Assembly: GCA_040954595.2 (NCBI GenBank)
Contig: CM082579.2
Coordinates: 10,715,625-10,779,624, forward strand
DNA: 64,000 nt
Direction: 5' to 3'
Origin: Balanoglossus misakiensis
Taxonomy: Eukaryota; Animalia; Hemichordata
Within the stretch, counting starts at the first letter, position 1. Every line of letters begins with the position of its first letter. The notes below the pieces were generated by a model. That model was not told where the DNA came from and ran no database searches. It saw only the letters and a program-made list of their open reading frames with translations. A program made the translations under genes and the position numbers. Below are positions 1 to 21,800 of this stretch, piece by piece.

Positions 1-152
1 AAAATAGCGTGAAAATAAAAAGTCGCGTAATTTTTTTTGAAGATAACGATGCAGTAAATGAAATAAGAGAACACGAAAATTAATACTCGCGAAACAGTGG
101 CCTCTCTCGATATCGTGAAAATTTCAACTCGCGAAAATAAAGTGTTTTACAG
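1..152. mobile_element. MITE family A (TA-flanked, CTGTAAAA...TTTTACAG), copy truncated by the window edge
   Basis: Ends CGCGAAAATAAAGTGTTTTACAG|TA and matches the copies at 611, 5333, 7923 and 50783. Confidence 0.85.
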
Positions 153-610
153 TAGTGAACTGTGTATTGAGTATGCAACTAATCAGTCTTTCGCCGATCA
201 TCCAAGGCATTTGGTGCAAAAAAAATAAAGTCTGAAGTTTTTTCCCTCGATCACCACTCAAATCTGCCATAAAATATCTCATACCATGCTACTTTCATAT
301 TTCACAGAATGTACATTTCTGATTTTGACCCAATGCGACCTGGGTATGAAATAGATGTGTACATTGCACACATGTACAGCAATGTTCAGAAAAATGCAGT
401 GTTCCAAATTGACACATTCCTCAGTAATTTTAATCCAGTGTCACCAATGGTTATAGGGCAACTGCTAATTAATAGTCTTCAAACAATGCACACTCCTTCA
501 AGGAAAACTGATTACCTAGCGTATTAAATTCCTGTGGTTGTACAAAAAAAATACACTCAATCATTCCATAATCAGCACACATGTATGTACAAAGCGTATC
601 CTGCAAAATA

Positions 611-782
611 CTGTAAAACACTTTTATTTTCGCGAGTTGAAATTGTCAAGATATCGAGAGAGGCCAGTGTTTCGCGAGTATTAAAATAATTATAAAAAAA
701 TTACGCGACTTTTTATTTCACGCTATTTTGGCTCGCATATTTCGCGAAAATTTATTGCTCGTGAAAATAAAGTGTTTTACAG
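611..782. mobile_element. MITE family A, internally deleted copy
   Basis: TA|CTGTAAAACACTTTTATTTTCGCGAG ... CTCGTGAAAATAAAGTGTTTTACAG|TA. Terminal inverted repeats with a TA duplication, as in Tc1/mariner. Confidence 0.85.
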
Positions 783-1884
783 TAACCATATTGACACAAG
801 GGTCTGTAACAATGTTCACATTTCAGGGCTGCAATTCACAGAACTAAAACAGTTCTGATGGTCCATGACTGTGTTTGCTATCGACATGTTAACCTTCAAA
901 AATTCAGCCATTTCCCCCCCCCCCCCCTTAAAGTCTACCAGAAACAGAATTCTCGCAGCATATATCTGTCAGTGTTTCTCACAAGTAATCTGTGTAATAG
1001 AATTCTTGCAATCAATCAGCGATGAAAGGATATTCTTGGAGCCAGTGTGCAACATAGAGAATAATCACAATCAATAGTCGAGAATTGAATTTGGTTTCTA
1101 TCATGCTACACAAATATATTTCAATGCTGGCAGTGTGTGAAATACAGAATGTGCAGTTCAATTTGCCCAACTCAAATACAATGTCTAATATTTTATCCAG
1201 AGGTGATTGACAAAGACCTGATCATTCCTTGTTAATTTGGGTCGAGAATTTCTTAATCGCTTACTACTTACAGGCTGAAACCTATACTGCACCTTTGTGG
1301 GGTTTGTAAAAATACGATGCAAATGACACAAAATTCATTCATCAGTCATTGTGCGTGTTAGTTATCTTCCATAAGCATTTCTTAATGTTATTGTAATTTT
1401 CACAGAGGTGTGTGAATGCTTAGGTAGGGGAGAGCAAACACATTAGTCCAAGTCTGGATGAGCACGGAACTGAGAGCATTATAAGCATGATAACTTTGGC
1501 TCAGGTGCATAGAGTGTTGCTTTTCATTGTGTATTACCCGTAAATGCAAAGCAACTGTACATTTTGACAACATCTTGTGTATTTATGATCTGTTAATGTT
1601 CTCATCTTGCAAGGAGATTTCTGCATGACGTCAGCAACAGCTAGCTTCCATAATATATGCAATAAATCTGCATTGTGACTTGAGTTGCCGTCTTAATTTA
1701 CACCGTCACCAACGACCAGGCACATTAAAACATAGAGGCCAACTTGACAAGTTGACCTGCCAGATCTGTGGCATTTCAACATGATTTATAGAAGAGGCTT
1801 CAATGGATTAATGCAACATGAGAAGCATAGCTTCACATGGCAGTGAGTGACAGCAAACTGCTTTATGAATCATAGTCTGCAATT

Positions 1885-2058
1885 GTAAATTACATAGAAA
1901 GAAAAATTTTATTTGCTGAGAAATTTTCTCAACTACAGAGATGGGATTTTTTTTTGGGGGGGGGGGGTAAATTACATAGAAAAAAAATATTTATTTGCTG
2001 ATTAATTTTCTCAACTACAGAGATGGGATTATTTTTTTTTTTTTGGGGGGGGGGGGTA
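1885..2058. repeat. Tandem duplication, 2 x ~82-90 bp, each unit ending in poly-T then poly-G
   Basis: GTAAATTACATAGAAA...TTTTCTCAACTACAGAGATGGGATT(T)n(G)n occurs twice, starting at 1885 and 1967. Confidence 0.85.
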
Positions 2059-2544
2059 CTGAAGAAGATTTGATAATATATGCCACAGATATGCATAACT
2101 GCTACTAAACCTTGAGTGATCCCCAAATAAAGGCCACCAATTCTTAGTTGCTGTTTTCTATTCAAAGACATAAATGAGCAATGCAGATATAATTTGACAA
2201 AAGGTAGTACATTTACCAGGATACCGTTTTCATGATTTCCCATTTACAACAAATACAAAACTCTTCTGTGAATCATGTCCATCCATAAGACCTCTGACCA
2301 CGAGCTATGTCAGTATGAATCAGTGTTTGACAAAAACATATTTTCATAAGTTTGCCCAGAATGGAGCCAAGTTCATAGAAAATCTCTTTTGGCTGTTTGG
2401 AAATAGGTTTTCTGCGATATGGGATGATTGTAGCAGATTTGAGTGACGATCAAGAAACAAAATGATCTTGATATTGATGTTCCCCCACCTTAAGGCACCT
2501 TATGTGTCTTTGTTTATTTACATTTTATGTGTTCTTTTAACTAG

Positions 2545-2883
2545 ATGAATCCAGACACACCACTATTCCGTGCACTCCTAAGGGCGCCAATATGTCTTCC
2601 AGAAACTCCAGAACTCAGAGAGACAGTGTTCCCATATTTTCCAAAGAATCAACCGCTTTGTTTACCAACTCCAATGATTAAACTAGCTTTTCAAACAGCA
2701 GGCTATCGTCTTGGATCTGATGCAAAGAAGAAGATGGCTTCTATTGGTGAGGGGATGAAAAAAGCCTTCAATGAGATGTGGAAACCGGCCAAGATGGCCG
2801 ACAAAATGATTGACTTCGGAGACATGGAAAGTGACAAAACTGACCAACAAAAAGTGATCAACCCAACAGATAAACTAAATTAA
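2545..2883 (+). CDS. Probable terminal coding exon of an unidentified gene that begins left of the window
   Basis: A polypyrimidine tract and TTTAACTAG acceptor precede 2545. The 112-codon frame has protein-like composition and ends in TAA, with AATAAA at 2931-2936. Family not recognised and upstream exons not resolved. Confidence 0.5.
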   Translation: MNPDTPLFRALLRAPICLPETPELRETVFPYFPKNQPLCLPTPMIKLAFQTAGYRLGSDAKKKMASIGEGMKKAFNEMWKPAKMADKMIDFGDMESDKTDQQKVINPTDKLN

Positions 2884-4971
2884 TTGAACGGATGAAATGT
2901 GGAAACCAAACCAAAAACAATGTTCTAACCAATAAAAAATGACAAAAAATTATTTTCCTACCTACCTATCGTATTTCTGAAAAGCATGTTATAAGAAACA
3001 CAATTATTTCTTTTTATCTACCCTGAACATCCATTTTTCAAAATTATTCTTTTTCACTGGAAGTCAGTTTTAAACACACAGCATTAATATTTCAATTAAG
3101 GTGGCAAAATCAATAAAAGTTGTGTTAAAGTATGTTGCCTTCAAGTTGTTGTAACTATAACAAGCTGAGGAAAGAACTGATATCGACATAAATCTCACCA
3201 GAAAACAAATGCAACTGCCAGCACGACATGATCACCAATAAATTTCAGACATTTTGGACTACATTTGTATACGTTACAGTAAATCAGAAGGAAGAAATAT
3301 GACAGGTCAGTGCAGTGTGTGTTTTGCTTAATTGAACAAAATCGTTAACTGTTAAATACGAATTCAGCACAGGAGGCAGCGAGTAAGGTACTGTCATATA
3401 ATGATTTGATTTGTACGCAAGATTTTTCTGCAAACCAATAAAAAGTGCCTTGATGAGAGAAATAAAAAAAATAGTGTCAAGGACATTGTGTTCCAATTTG
3501 ATCAGCATTTTTCTCATTCAAAAGTGACATAAATGTCTGTCAGTAACAATTTCACTCAATTCTAATAAATCATATAGACACTCTCTGAAAAGGTTTTGAC
3601 AAAAAATGGCAGATTGATATTCTAACCATACTGTTAAAGAGAAAACACACAAGGGCTCCTGAGAAATGGATTTTTAAAAACACAAATCACAAAAAATGCC
3701 CTCAAAATACATAAACATTTTCAACATAAATTTGGCACCTACATATATACACACACACATACACATTTTCATTCATGTGTACACACACATAATACAGATA
3801 TACATACATGCAAACAAACAGACAGACTGACAGATCAGCGCATATATGCTATAAACTCCCACTGGTTATACATACACATACGAAATAGAAGACAGTCCAT
3901 ACTGATCCAGTCAGTACTGGGTCACTGGCAATGACTTGCAGATTTTCAGTTCCCCGCGCACACAATTTTTTTTTTTTTTTTTTGGGGGGGGGGGGAAACA
4001 AGATAAAGCCATTGAATAAGTACATGAAGGTATGTGTGTGGTTCAAGTTTTTTTGTAGCTGTCATTGGCGCTTTTTAGAAAAACTTGAATGCTAGACTAT
4101 CATAGACTAGAAACTGAACAAAGTACCAAACAACTCAATTCCACTTCATACTGCCTCCATTTAACACGTCCCCCTAAATTGATTGTTCATCTCTTAAGAT
4201 TGCAACACAATACTCTCGGCTAGCATAGACTACATCAGTGTGCTAAAAACAATGATCATCAAATACACAATAGTTTATTTGTTCCTGGTTTATCGTTGAC
4301 AGAATCGCAAAATATCCCATTTATAGTAGCTGCAGACTTGATACATTGTAGCTTGTCTGGATTTATTGCCATTTATTTGGTTTGGACGACTATGCCTTTT
4401 TTGTGTGCCGGTACTTGCATTATTGAAATTCAGCACAGCCACAGGTTTCTTGTCGCGAACGCTACAGTTTGTTGAAGACTGACAATGTAGAAATGGTAGT
4501 CATAAAAACAAGTTCATTTTTCTAGTATTAATGTTTATTCATGAGCAAGAACATCTCATAAAGGCTACATATGAGATGGCGTGTGAAGATATCCTGTGTG
4601 GACATGTTTTGCTGTCCAAGTTGTTTGATGAGCATGTTTCTGAGCAGATGTCAAGACAGGGTTGTTGTGAACCAGACCAGAGTAGGCAGACATCACATGT
4701 TGAACATGGTGAAGAAAGGAAAAATTGTCTATGAAAAGACAACAGAGTACCGTACATGATTTCAAGATGTATATTGTCACAGCAGTGGAGTTACCAAATG
4801 TAACACGCACAATATAAATTCAGGACAAAGAATTGAGGCATAGGGGAGAGAGATAAAAAGTTGTAAAAATGTCGGACAATAAATATATGTCATATTCCAA
4901 CAAACGCAAATAGTTGTTGTTTAGTTTCTTGTGCCGATTTCGCCAGGATTCTCCTCCAGAAGTCCAATCTA

Positions 4972-13270
<8,299 letters not shown>

Positions 13271-13597
13271 ACTGCTGCCTGGTCTGTAGACGAGCAGCCG
13301 GCCAAAATGGATGAGGCGTGTGTTTCCTGACTTCAGGCTCTTTCAGAGAACTCAAAACAGTCGCTTTACAGGGCAAAGTGACTGCCACTAATTTAAGTGA
13401 ATCTGTTGACACAATAAAATAATTTAGTTAAATAAGAAGAGCACGCCTCAATATAAGCCATGCTAATCTTCGAAAATCACTATTTTAATCAATTTTCTAT
13501 TTTATTCAACAATACGTGTGAACAAGGATGGAAGTGACCCCAGGTGACCCCAACGCCCCCATTCATTAACCGTGTACATGAAAGTGGGATTGGCATT
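13271..13597. promoter_or_regulatory. Bidirectional HARS/FPGT promoter and 5' UTRs
   Basis: Only 327 bp separate the divergent ATGs. Contains a YY1-like CAAAATGG (~13302) and an ETS-like GGAAGTG (~13530). Confidence 0.75.
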
Positions 13598-13782
13598 ATG
13601 GATGTTGCCATGCAGAATTGTATAGCGGAAGCAACGCGACTAAAACTAGAGAAGTACGAAAAGATAAGAGGTAATACTTTGTTGGTGTTGATGTCATACA
13701 CACCTGTCGTCCAGTGCATAGGGATTTAAGGTTTCGAATATCGTGACGTGGCGGCGGTGGCAAAATGGCAAAAAATGCAGTC

Positions 13783-13817
<35 letters not shown>

Positions 13818-16425
13818 TGTTATTGATTAAATATATAAAAACAATTGTAAAAAATGTTTGTTTACAAATATTGTCACGTTTTGTTTCTTTGTTTGTTTGT
13901 TGACAGGTTATATTCAACGGTTAGGTTAGGGGTATACAGGGAGTGATACTGTGGAACAAATTAATCAAGCACTAACCCTTACCACTAACTGTTGAATGTA
14001 CACCAACCTGTGAAAAATCAAATGTGACCATATTTGTAAACAAACAAATATTTGTTTCTGTTTATTATATTAATAACAACACACACACACACATACTACA
14101 AGAAGGAAGAGCTTCCTGTGGCAATGGTAATTAATTGGTATGGTGCTTTGCTTTTTCATGTAATATTCCTGGCACTGGCCACTTTAAACTGTATATGCTG
14201 CGTAAACGTTGACAAATAAAGATTCACATTTTAAAATATATTTGTGTCATTGCTGTTCACTGTTTTTGAACATGAGTGAAGGCATGTTAAGGCCATTTTA
14301 TTGAATAAATGATATTTTTTTTTTTTTTGCTGGGGGATTTTGGTTGTCCCACAGTTTTGAGTGGCAAAAGCGGCAGGTGAGTCCTTGGCACTATTTAGGT
14401 CGTTATGGGATTCTTTGTATTCTAATTGATCAGGAAATAGAAGTGATACACTACCATTTTGGGACTTGGTAGTGATAACTGCAGCAGATGAAGACCAAGC
14501 GATCGCTTTCCAGTTACAAATTGATGACAAACTGAGTAAGGGAGAGCTGCCTATTGGTGTAAAGTATCATGTATTTCCAGATCCTCCAGGCTTCAAAATA
14601 GGTATGTACATGTAGAAAAACACCCAAAGTTTTAATACAATAATTGCAACCATACCCTACCATATCCCAAAGTTAATAGCTGGTCAATTATCACATGTAC
14701 ATGACCAATTGCAAAGACAAAAACAAAACTATATAGACACACTGTAAAGAATATCGCAGACAGTGAATAAAGTACATGTACATAGAAAGATGTCAAGCCT
14801 GTGAAAGAAAGTTTAATTGACCTCTGATGACAGTGATTTTGTATTCTCTAATAATTCTGTTGATTTCAGGTAATGGTGGATCCACACTGGCTGCATTAGA
14901 AAAATTGGAGCAAGTCTACAAAGAAGCAGTTGCCACATACAAAGTATTACTCATACATGCTGGTGGATACAGCCAACGCCTGCCCAGCGCTTCACTGCTT
15001 GGCAAAATCTTCACAGTGATTCCCTTTGGCAATCCTATCTACCAGATGTTAGATCTCAAACTGGCGATGTATATTGAATTTCCGTCGCGTATGAAACCAG
15101 GTGTTTTTGTCACATGTGCAGATGATATTGAGCTGTTTGATATCTCCGGAGACGAGTGGTCGTTTGATAAGCCAGGTTTCACGGCCATGGCTCAGCCTTC
15201 ATCCATTGAGATTGGCACTGGTCATGGAGTCTTTGTGTTTGCAGATAGCAGTGCTTGCAGAGCAGCCAAAGTATCTGTGATGGAATGTCTCGAGTTTCTC
15301 CACAAGCCGTCTAAAGAGCGCATGAGGAAGATGGGTGCAGTAATTGATTACACTGCAGCAGTACACGCAGGACAGACTAGCGACGAAATGGTCTACACCG
15401 ACAGCGCTTTCTATTTTGATGCGCAGACAGCAAAGAAACTGGTCGCCTACTATCAACAGGTTAAGCCCTTGCAATGTGAGATTGATGCGTACAGTGATTT
15501 CTTGCAGGCTCTTGGTTCCCGAGCCTCTGTTGATTACACGCATGATGTCAGCAATGTTGTCAACACCGACGGCAAACTGATACAAACAAGGCAAGAAATA
15601 TTTCACGTGTTGAAGGGAACATCTCTGAATGTTATTGTGATGAATGCATGCCAATTTTATCACCTGGGCACCATGTCTGAGTACATCTTCCATTTATGTG
15701 GCGATCCAGCGTTCTCGCATGTACTGGGCAAGTCATCAGACGCTTTCAATCTTCACATCAGTGAGAAGAAAGCTCTGTCTAAAGAAGTCAGTGAGAAACC
15801 CCATAAGCTGTCTGAAGGTGGAGTTGTTGCCATGCACAGTGTGGTCAACGACTCGCTGTACAGTGCTCAGTCATGTATTGTTGAGTATTGTAACTTCAGT
15901 GCCGAAACAGATATCCAAATTGGAAGCAATTGTATTGTCAGTTCGTGTAGCGTCAGTGGGAGCAAGAAAATCACAATTCCCAACAATACTTTCTTGCACT
16001 GTGTCAGCATATGTCAAGACAAAGACACCAAGTCTGTCGTTGTTGTAATTGGTATTCACGACAGTGTTAAAAGGAAGGTTAATACTGAGAGTGAAATAGG
16101 GGAGTTACGGTATCTGGGTAAGCCTCTGTGTGAGATTTTCCACAACTTCAGTGCAAACGACGCAAAGTGTTTGTTCCCAGCTGGCACCAAAGAGTACAGT
16201 ATCTGGCAAGCAAAGTTATTTTGTGTGTCAGATACCATGGAATCTGCTTTCGATCGTGCAATGCAGGTAGTTGATGCAATAAATCAGGGCAAAAAGTTGG
16301 AAAGAATAAACACTTTCTGCCAAGGTAGGATTTCAGTGGCGGATATCATCAAGTCTAAAGACGTCAGCTCAATGTTAAGATACAGACACAACTTGTATAA
16401 ACGTATAATTGGAGGACTTGAATAA
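13598..16425 (+). CDS. FPGT: Fucose-1-phosphate guanylyltransferase (GDP-L-fucose pyrophosphorylase), 3 exons, ~598 aa
   Basis: Exons 13598-13670 (alternative ATG 13610), 14434-14601, 14870-16425 total 1797 nt. Motifs [86 protein letters not shown], then a beta-helix region. No C-terminal GHMP kinase domain, so it is not fucokinase. Confidence 0.95.
13786..14093. repeat. Imperfect ~310-bp fold-back bounded by (TG)n and (CA)n in FPGT intron 1
   Basis: The left arm TG-repeat/GTTGTTATT/TTTGTTTACAAATAT/ACAGGTT/ATTCAACGGTTAG is mirrored by CTAACTGTTGAAT/AACCTGT/ATATTTGTAAACAAA/AATAACAAC/CA-repeat. Confidence 0.75.
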
Positions 16426-18871
16426 TTCAGGTGACTAAATTCAAGAATGAAACCTTTCTGAATCAGATTCCAAGAAGACAAAGAAAGATGGTTCAGAATG
16501 TGGAGGTATTTGGCTTGTAGATGAACTTTTAACAATGTCATATTGGAAGGAATCTCAAAAGGTATTCAGGATGGTGCACAGCCCATGTACTGCAAAGTTA
16601 TTTGACAGTCTTATCATGGTTTTACTTTCAAACTGAAATAGTTAATGTAAATGTACTTACTGCGAATGTGTACATAAGTGTGATGAGCAAGAAGGGTCTG
16701 ATTTGTACTTATGTGCTAGCTTTGGGTTCATTTATTCAGGAAAAGCTTTTTTTCACCATGTACATGTATAACTTGTGATTTGTTTATACAAAAAAATGAG
16801 GGGGGGGGGAATGGCAGCGGAAATCGCAATCTAAGGCTTAATCAACTTAATTTTGAATTTTTGGGGTTGACTAGGTTGTATGTTTTCTCTCTCTCTCTGG
16901 TCTGATCATAATTGATATATGTGGCCAGCGTGTCTAAGCTTATTTGTCAAAACTTCAACATTCACAGGATATTTCAATCAAAATTGATACATCAATGTTT
17001 ATTTGTACCAAGGTATAAAATTATACAGTGCTTCAATATCATAAGGGGCAACATCAAAAGTTCAATATCTGATAAAAAAAAAAAAATTGTACTTTTGATG
17101 TTGCCTATAATTAAATAGTAAACAATGGGGGATGACAATAGCTATCTTTCTTACCGGTTATGGTAAAATAATAGTTTATTCTTTATTGCTCAGCTTTCAA
17201 TGTGACCAAAACTCCTTGTGATATATCTGTCGATGTCTCATGTAGGGTCACAATTGAGGTCATAAATAGTTTTAGCCAATGAATTAGATGCTGACATTTT
17301 TTACTTCAGTGGCCATATTGGGAAGAGATGGTTTAAACTGGGCAAAAGTCTAAAAACAAACTGATTAGCATATGTCTTTTAATATGATCATAGTTATTTA
17401 CAATATATGCATATTCAGTAGGATAGGGTAATTATAATGGCAACAATAAAACCAACATGAATGTATCTTCTCATTATTTTTTAGTCTACAGTGGTGAAAA
17501 TTGCCTGGCAATGTCTGCTGTGCAAAAATTAATTACTTGCATGTTATATTTTGACTAACAGATTTAATTATCTCATGACCTAAATTGCTTGTTACTTTGC
17601 TGGACGGAAAGTGGACATGCACATATATATACAGACTGTGGCAACATAGGTCTCACTATGTGACTATGTGCCCCCCCCCCCCTCAAAGCACATATCCAGT
17701 AACTTGACTCAGCAATGCATATCTAGATCTTCCCAAGATCATAACTGTGCATCTTATTAATTTTATCAAGACATGTTTTTTGGCTATCAAGGCAAACAAA
17801 CATAATCGCAGTTACCAATCAATTTTTTTAAAGAATGATTTAAACACAGAAGAAAAAGAATCAAAGTTTTTAGACGTATTCATATTGCATTAGATCTTAG
17901 AAGACAAGTATAAAGGGAGCATATCATTACTTATTGCGCAGAGACTAGAAACTACAAGACAGTTCTTTGTCTGATGACAGACTAAATGATAAAGCGCACA
18001 CCATTGCTTTTGAATTTTATGTTGGGGAGCTATCGTAATTTTATACTGACTTGGGTCTGAATTTTTAGATATTCAGCTTGACTATGAATATATAATTACA
18101 AGAACACTATCACTGGTAACAGAGTTAAAATATGGTACACCATTACTTTTGAATGTTTTACATCAAAAACTGTGAATCTTTATTGCATTGGATCAAACTA
18201 AACAATTCTCTACTAAAACATATGCATATTCTACTAACTTTGAATTCAACTGGTCAAAATGTATCAGACAGAAAAATCATAAAATCTACAAGCAAACACC
18301 CGTACACAAAGAAAGTTTACACAAACTAAAATCAAAGGTGCCCTTTTATCTAGAAAATAGAGAAATATTTCACAATAACAGGTCTGCCAAGAAATATATA
18401 CATGATGCATGCATGCACTCACACAAGTACGCATACTTATTATTATTAATAACTATCAAGAATCATTAATTATGCAGCAACTCTCACACAGCAATTTACA
18501 TATTTTCTCTACATGATTTCATACATGTCTGGGCATTGGTTGAAATTTTCTTCATTTCATTGAGGAAAACATGACTTTCACTTGGAATGCCACTCGAAAA
18601 AGATGATAAAATGGTATTTTACACTGGTTTGCCAATATGGCTACTGGAACACACGTATCCATGGACTGATGAAAAAATCCTCTGTGGTTGCAACTATTGA
18701 GTATAGCTGGAACCGTCCATTATGGTCATTGGGTTTTTAGTGTGCTTGCAATGTCATGAGCAACTTGGCCGACATGCAAAACATACTGAAGTCTGTACTT
18801 TGCTGGGAAACCACAAAATATTTTCCAGTACTGCTTGATATCAACTATGGAGATTTGGAGTTCAACTGCTT

Positions 18872-21800
18872 TTAACTGCAATCAATGTCTACTATGTTTT
18901 TGGGAATCTCACAAAATCTGTAGACAAGTCTTTGTCCATCCACTTTTGAAAGGATTCCTCTTTGATAGTAGTATCTGTAAGGAGAAAAGTAATTATATGA
19001 ATGGACAGTATGTGAAGACGTGTGGCCCAGGGGGGGGGGGGGGGACCAAAGTCCTGTGGATAAATAGTTTTGGTGATTTCAAATAAATGCTTTCAAATAA
19101 ATGTTACAAGTAGAAGGCTGCAGAAAATTCCAGTACAATTATCTGTTAATCAGCATTATACATGCAAAATATGATTAATGATTATGTTTGAATGACAATT
19201 CTGGTCCCATACTGACCCATGCAAAGCAAGCACAATGTCTGGATTGGCAAAAGAAACTCAAAGGTCACACGAAAAGTTAGAGATATCATGAAAGTATCTT
19301 ATTTCAAAGAGAAAAGACTGAATTAGTCGTTGATACATCACCAAAGTCACAGAAGAAGGAAAATGTTTGTGAAGATTTACAATATAAAAAAATCTGACTT
19401 CCATACCAAAATGGTCAATACTGCCCTAACACATATACATTTTAAACCATTTTCACAAAAATCTGAGTTAAGAAAGTGACTTCTTGGTATGGTAATATCT
19501 CACCTCAACGCCCTGCCCATGGTTTCATAGTTCATGTCTGGTTTGTTTTTATGTTTACCCCACAACCGTGATACAGCTTTTGAGTCGACCAATTTGAAGA
19601 TGCCTTTTTCTCGCTGTGTCCACTTAATATACCTCGGGCAAGTTTCTTTATTTTGCAGCAGTTCTAAGAGAAATTCCCACAAGTAGGTTGTGTGACCTTC
19701 AAAGATACAGAAACATTATATGTTAACTTCACACATCATGAACCATCAAATTGCCATGTCATCCATCTGTTAATCATACATTGACACACATACACATGAA
19801 TTCAAAATACACGGTGCCAAGTCGAAACAGAAAGTCATCAGGTACATGTATTGCCATTGTTCCTGTGCAGTAAGTATCAAAATAAATTCCTCTGAATCCT
19901 ATCACCACCAGTTCACACTATGGCGGGAACGCAGAAGGGCACCATGCTATAGTAATCCAAGCATGAGTGGAAGTATGCTCATTTTATGACTTCAACATTT
20001 TTGACAAATCTATTGCCATAAAACTGTTAACGCATGTCCAGTTATATGTTTAATCTGCCTTTTTAGTTGCCTACAGTCTGCGTTTGTGTTGATTTTGCCA
20101 ATGCAGAGATTGTCAACAATCTGTATAAAGAGCCCGACCAACAAGGCCCTGGCAGAGATCACATGTACAACATTCATCCACTAATTGATCAAGTCTGTTC
20201 AAAGTTTCCACAGAAGTTTATCCCTGATAATTATATATAATCCCATGATATCTTTCTTTGTTTGACGTCATCGTATACGAGTGGTTTTCGCGGAGCAGTG
20301 CAACTTCGAGCCGCAGGCGAGAAGTTGTACGCTTCCGCGAAAACCACGAGTATACGATGACGTTAAACAAAGAAAGATATCATGGGATTATATATTTATC
20401 ACATGAACAGTCTTCTTATTTTTCGTTAGAAGAGGCAGGACTAAAACAATTCAGTACCTTGCAACAATTTTGGAGCGGTGTCGTATTTTACTGAGCGGGA
20501 TTATGTCCCCCAGGAGATATATGTTGGGAGATTTTATGAATGATCAGCGATAGTTCATCATTTGCATATACGCAAATGGTGAACTATCGCTGATCATTCA
20601 TAAAATCTCCCAACAAGTCGTCCCGTTGAGTTCCGTTCGCTCGAAGTTCGGCCTTACACAAATGTAATCGATTCTCTAACAATTTTACTGCAACCTGTTG
20701 CCACGTCTTATACATTTCGTTGACCGGTGCAATAGAGAGGTTCAGTCGTCACGCTGAACTGGCTCGAAACAATTCCCCACGCTGATTCGACTCGGAACGT
20801 ACCGGACTTGCGCCTAGCCTAGGCTATGTACACCTGACCCAAAACTTTGACAGCCACGATCGTCCATGATCGTTGCGTCGACTGTCTTCTTTCCAAATTC
20901 CACCTTTCTGTTTTGAGCTTACAAAGCGTTATTGTCATGGAACCGTAATTTTTTTATTTCATTTCTGTATTGTAAATGCCGCGCGCTACACGTACTGTTT
21001 CTGTTTGACAACAAAGCTACGGCGAATCGGTGGAAATAGTTCCGGTTGATGACGTAACACAGGGGTGATCAGGATTTTTGATCTGTCCTGGTCTACGTCA
21101 CACAGGTGGTGATCAGGGCCAGTTCATGTGATAAAGACATTTCTAATGATGGACCTCACAGTGTGCATATGTGCATATGGTCCATATTAGGGCACTTACT
21201 CTCTTTATTTCTTCTCCCTATCCTAACCAACGGTGTGTCAATTGGTGATTCTGGTCTTGCCTTAGGTTTCCGGCCTGCAATACAACATTGAACAGGTGTG
21301 AGTACATCAATTTACAATTATACACTGGTATGATGAGATGCAGAAGATACAGTGTGTAGTGTACAATGTACTTGAATCAAGTTTGAATGAAATTGGTCCT
21401 GATGACAGAATGCACAGACAAAGCCATTCGAAAAGTTCTCCCCAGGACTTCGTCTGTGGGGACTAATAAATCGCTTCAAAGGTCTACTCAGCCACCCCCC
21501 CCCCCCCCCCCCCCCCCTTATTTTCCAAATTTTACATGATTAGAGCCCTGGGCTCTAACAGGGGAAAATACAGTATCTATTCACGACAAATGATATATGT
21601 TCTAATGACAATGTAGTGATGAATTTACCTCGTCGTTTACTGCTCTTTGTTTTTGTCGGTGATGACGGTATGAATTCTGTGGAATTTCTGTTACTTGTAC
21701 TGCTGGTTACAGGAACCTCTTCTATTGAGCTTTCAATATGGATGACATGATGAACTGAGCTGTTCTCGAACATATGTTTGGGGACTTGAATGACATCTGT

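Noticed and set aside
4531-4810. Four overlapping short ORFs
   Set aside because: They lie in the HARS 3' UTR, with no motifs or splice support.
14827-14869. Apparent signal peptide [14 protein letters not shown] on the 532-aa ORF
   Set aside because: It is intronic sequence before the acceptor at 14869; the true FPGT N-terminus comes from two upstream exons.
15199-16238. Antisense and alternate-frame ORFs inside FPGT
   Set aside because: Expected shadows of a long coding exon.
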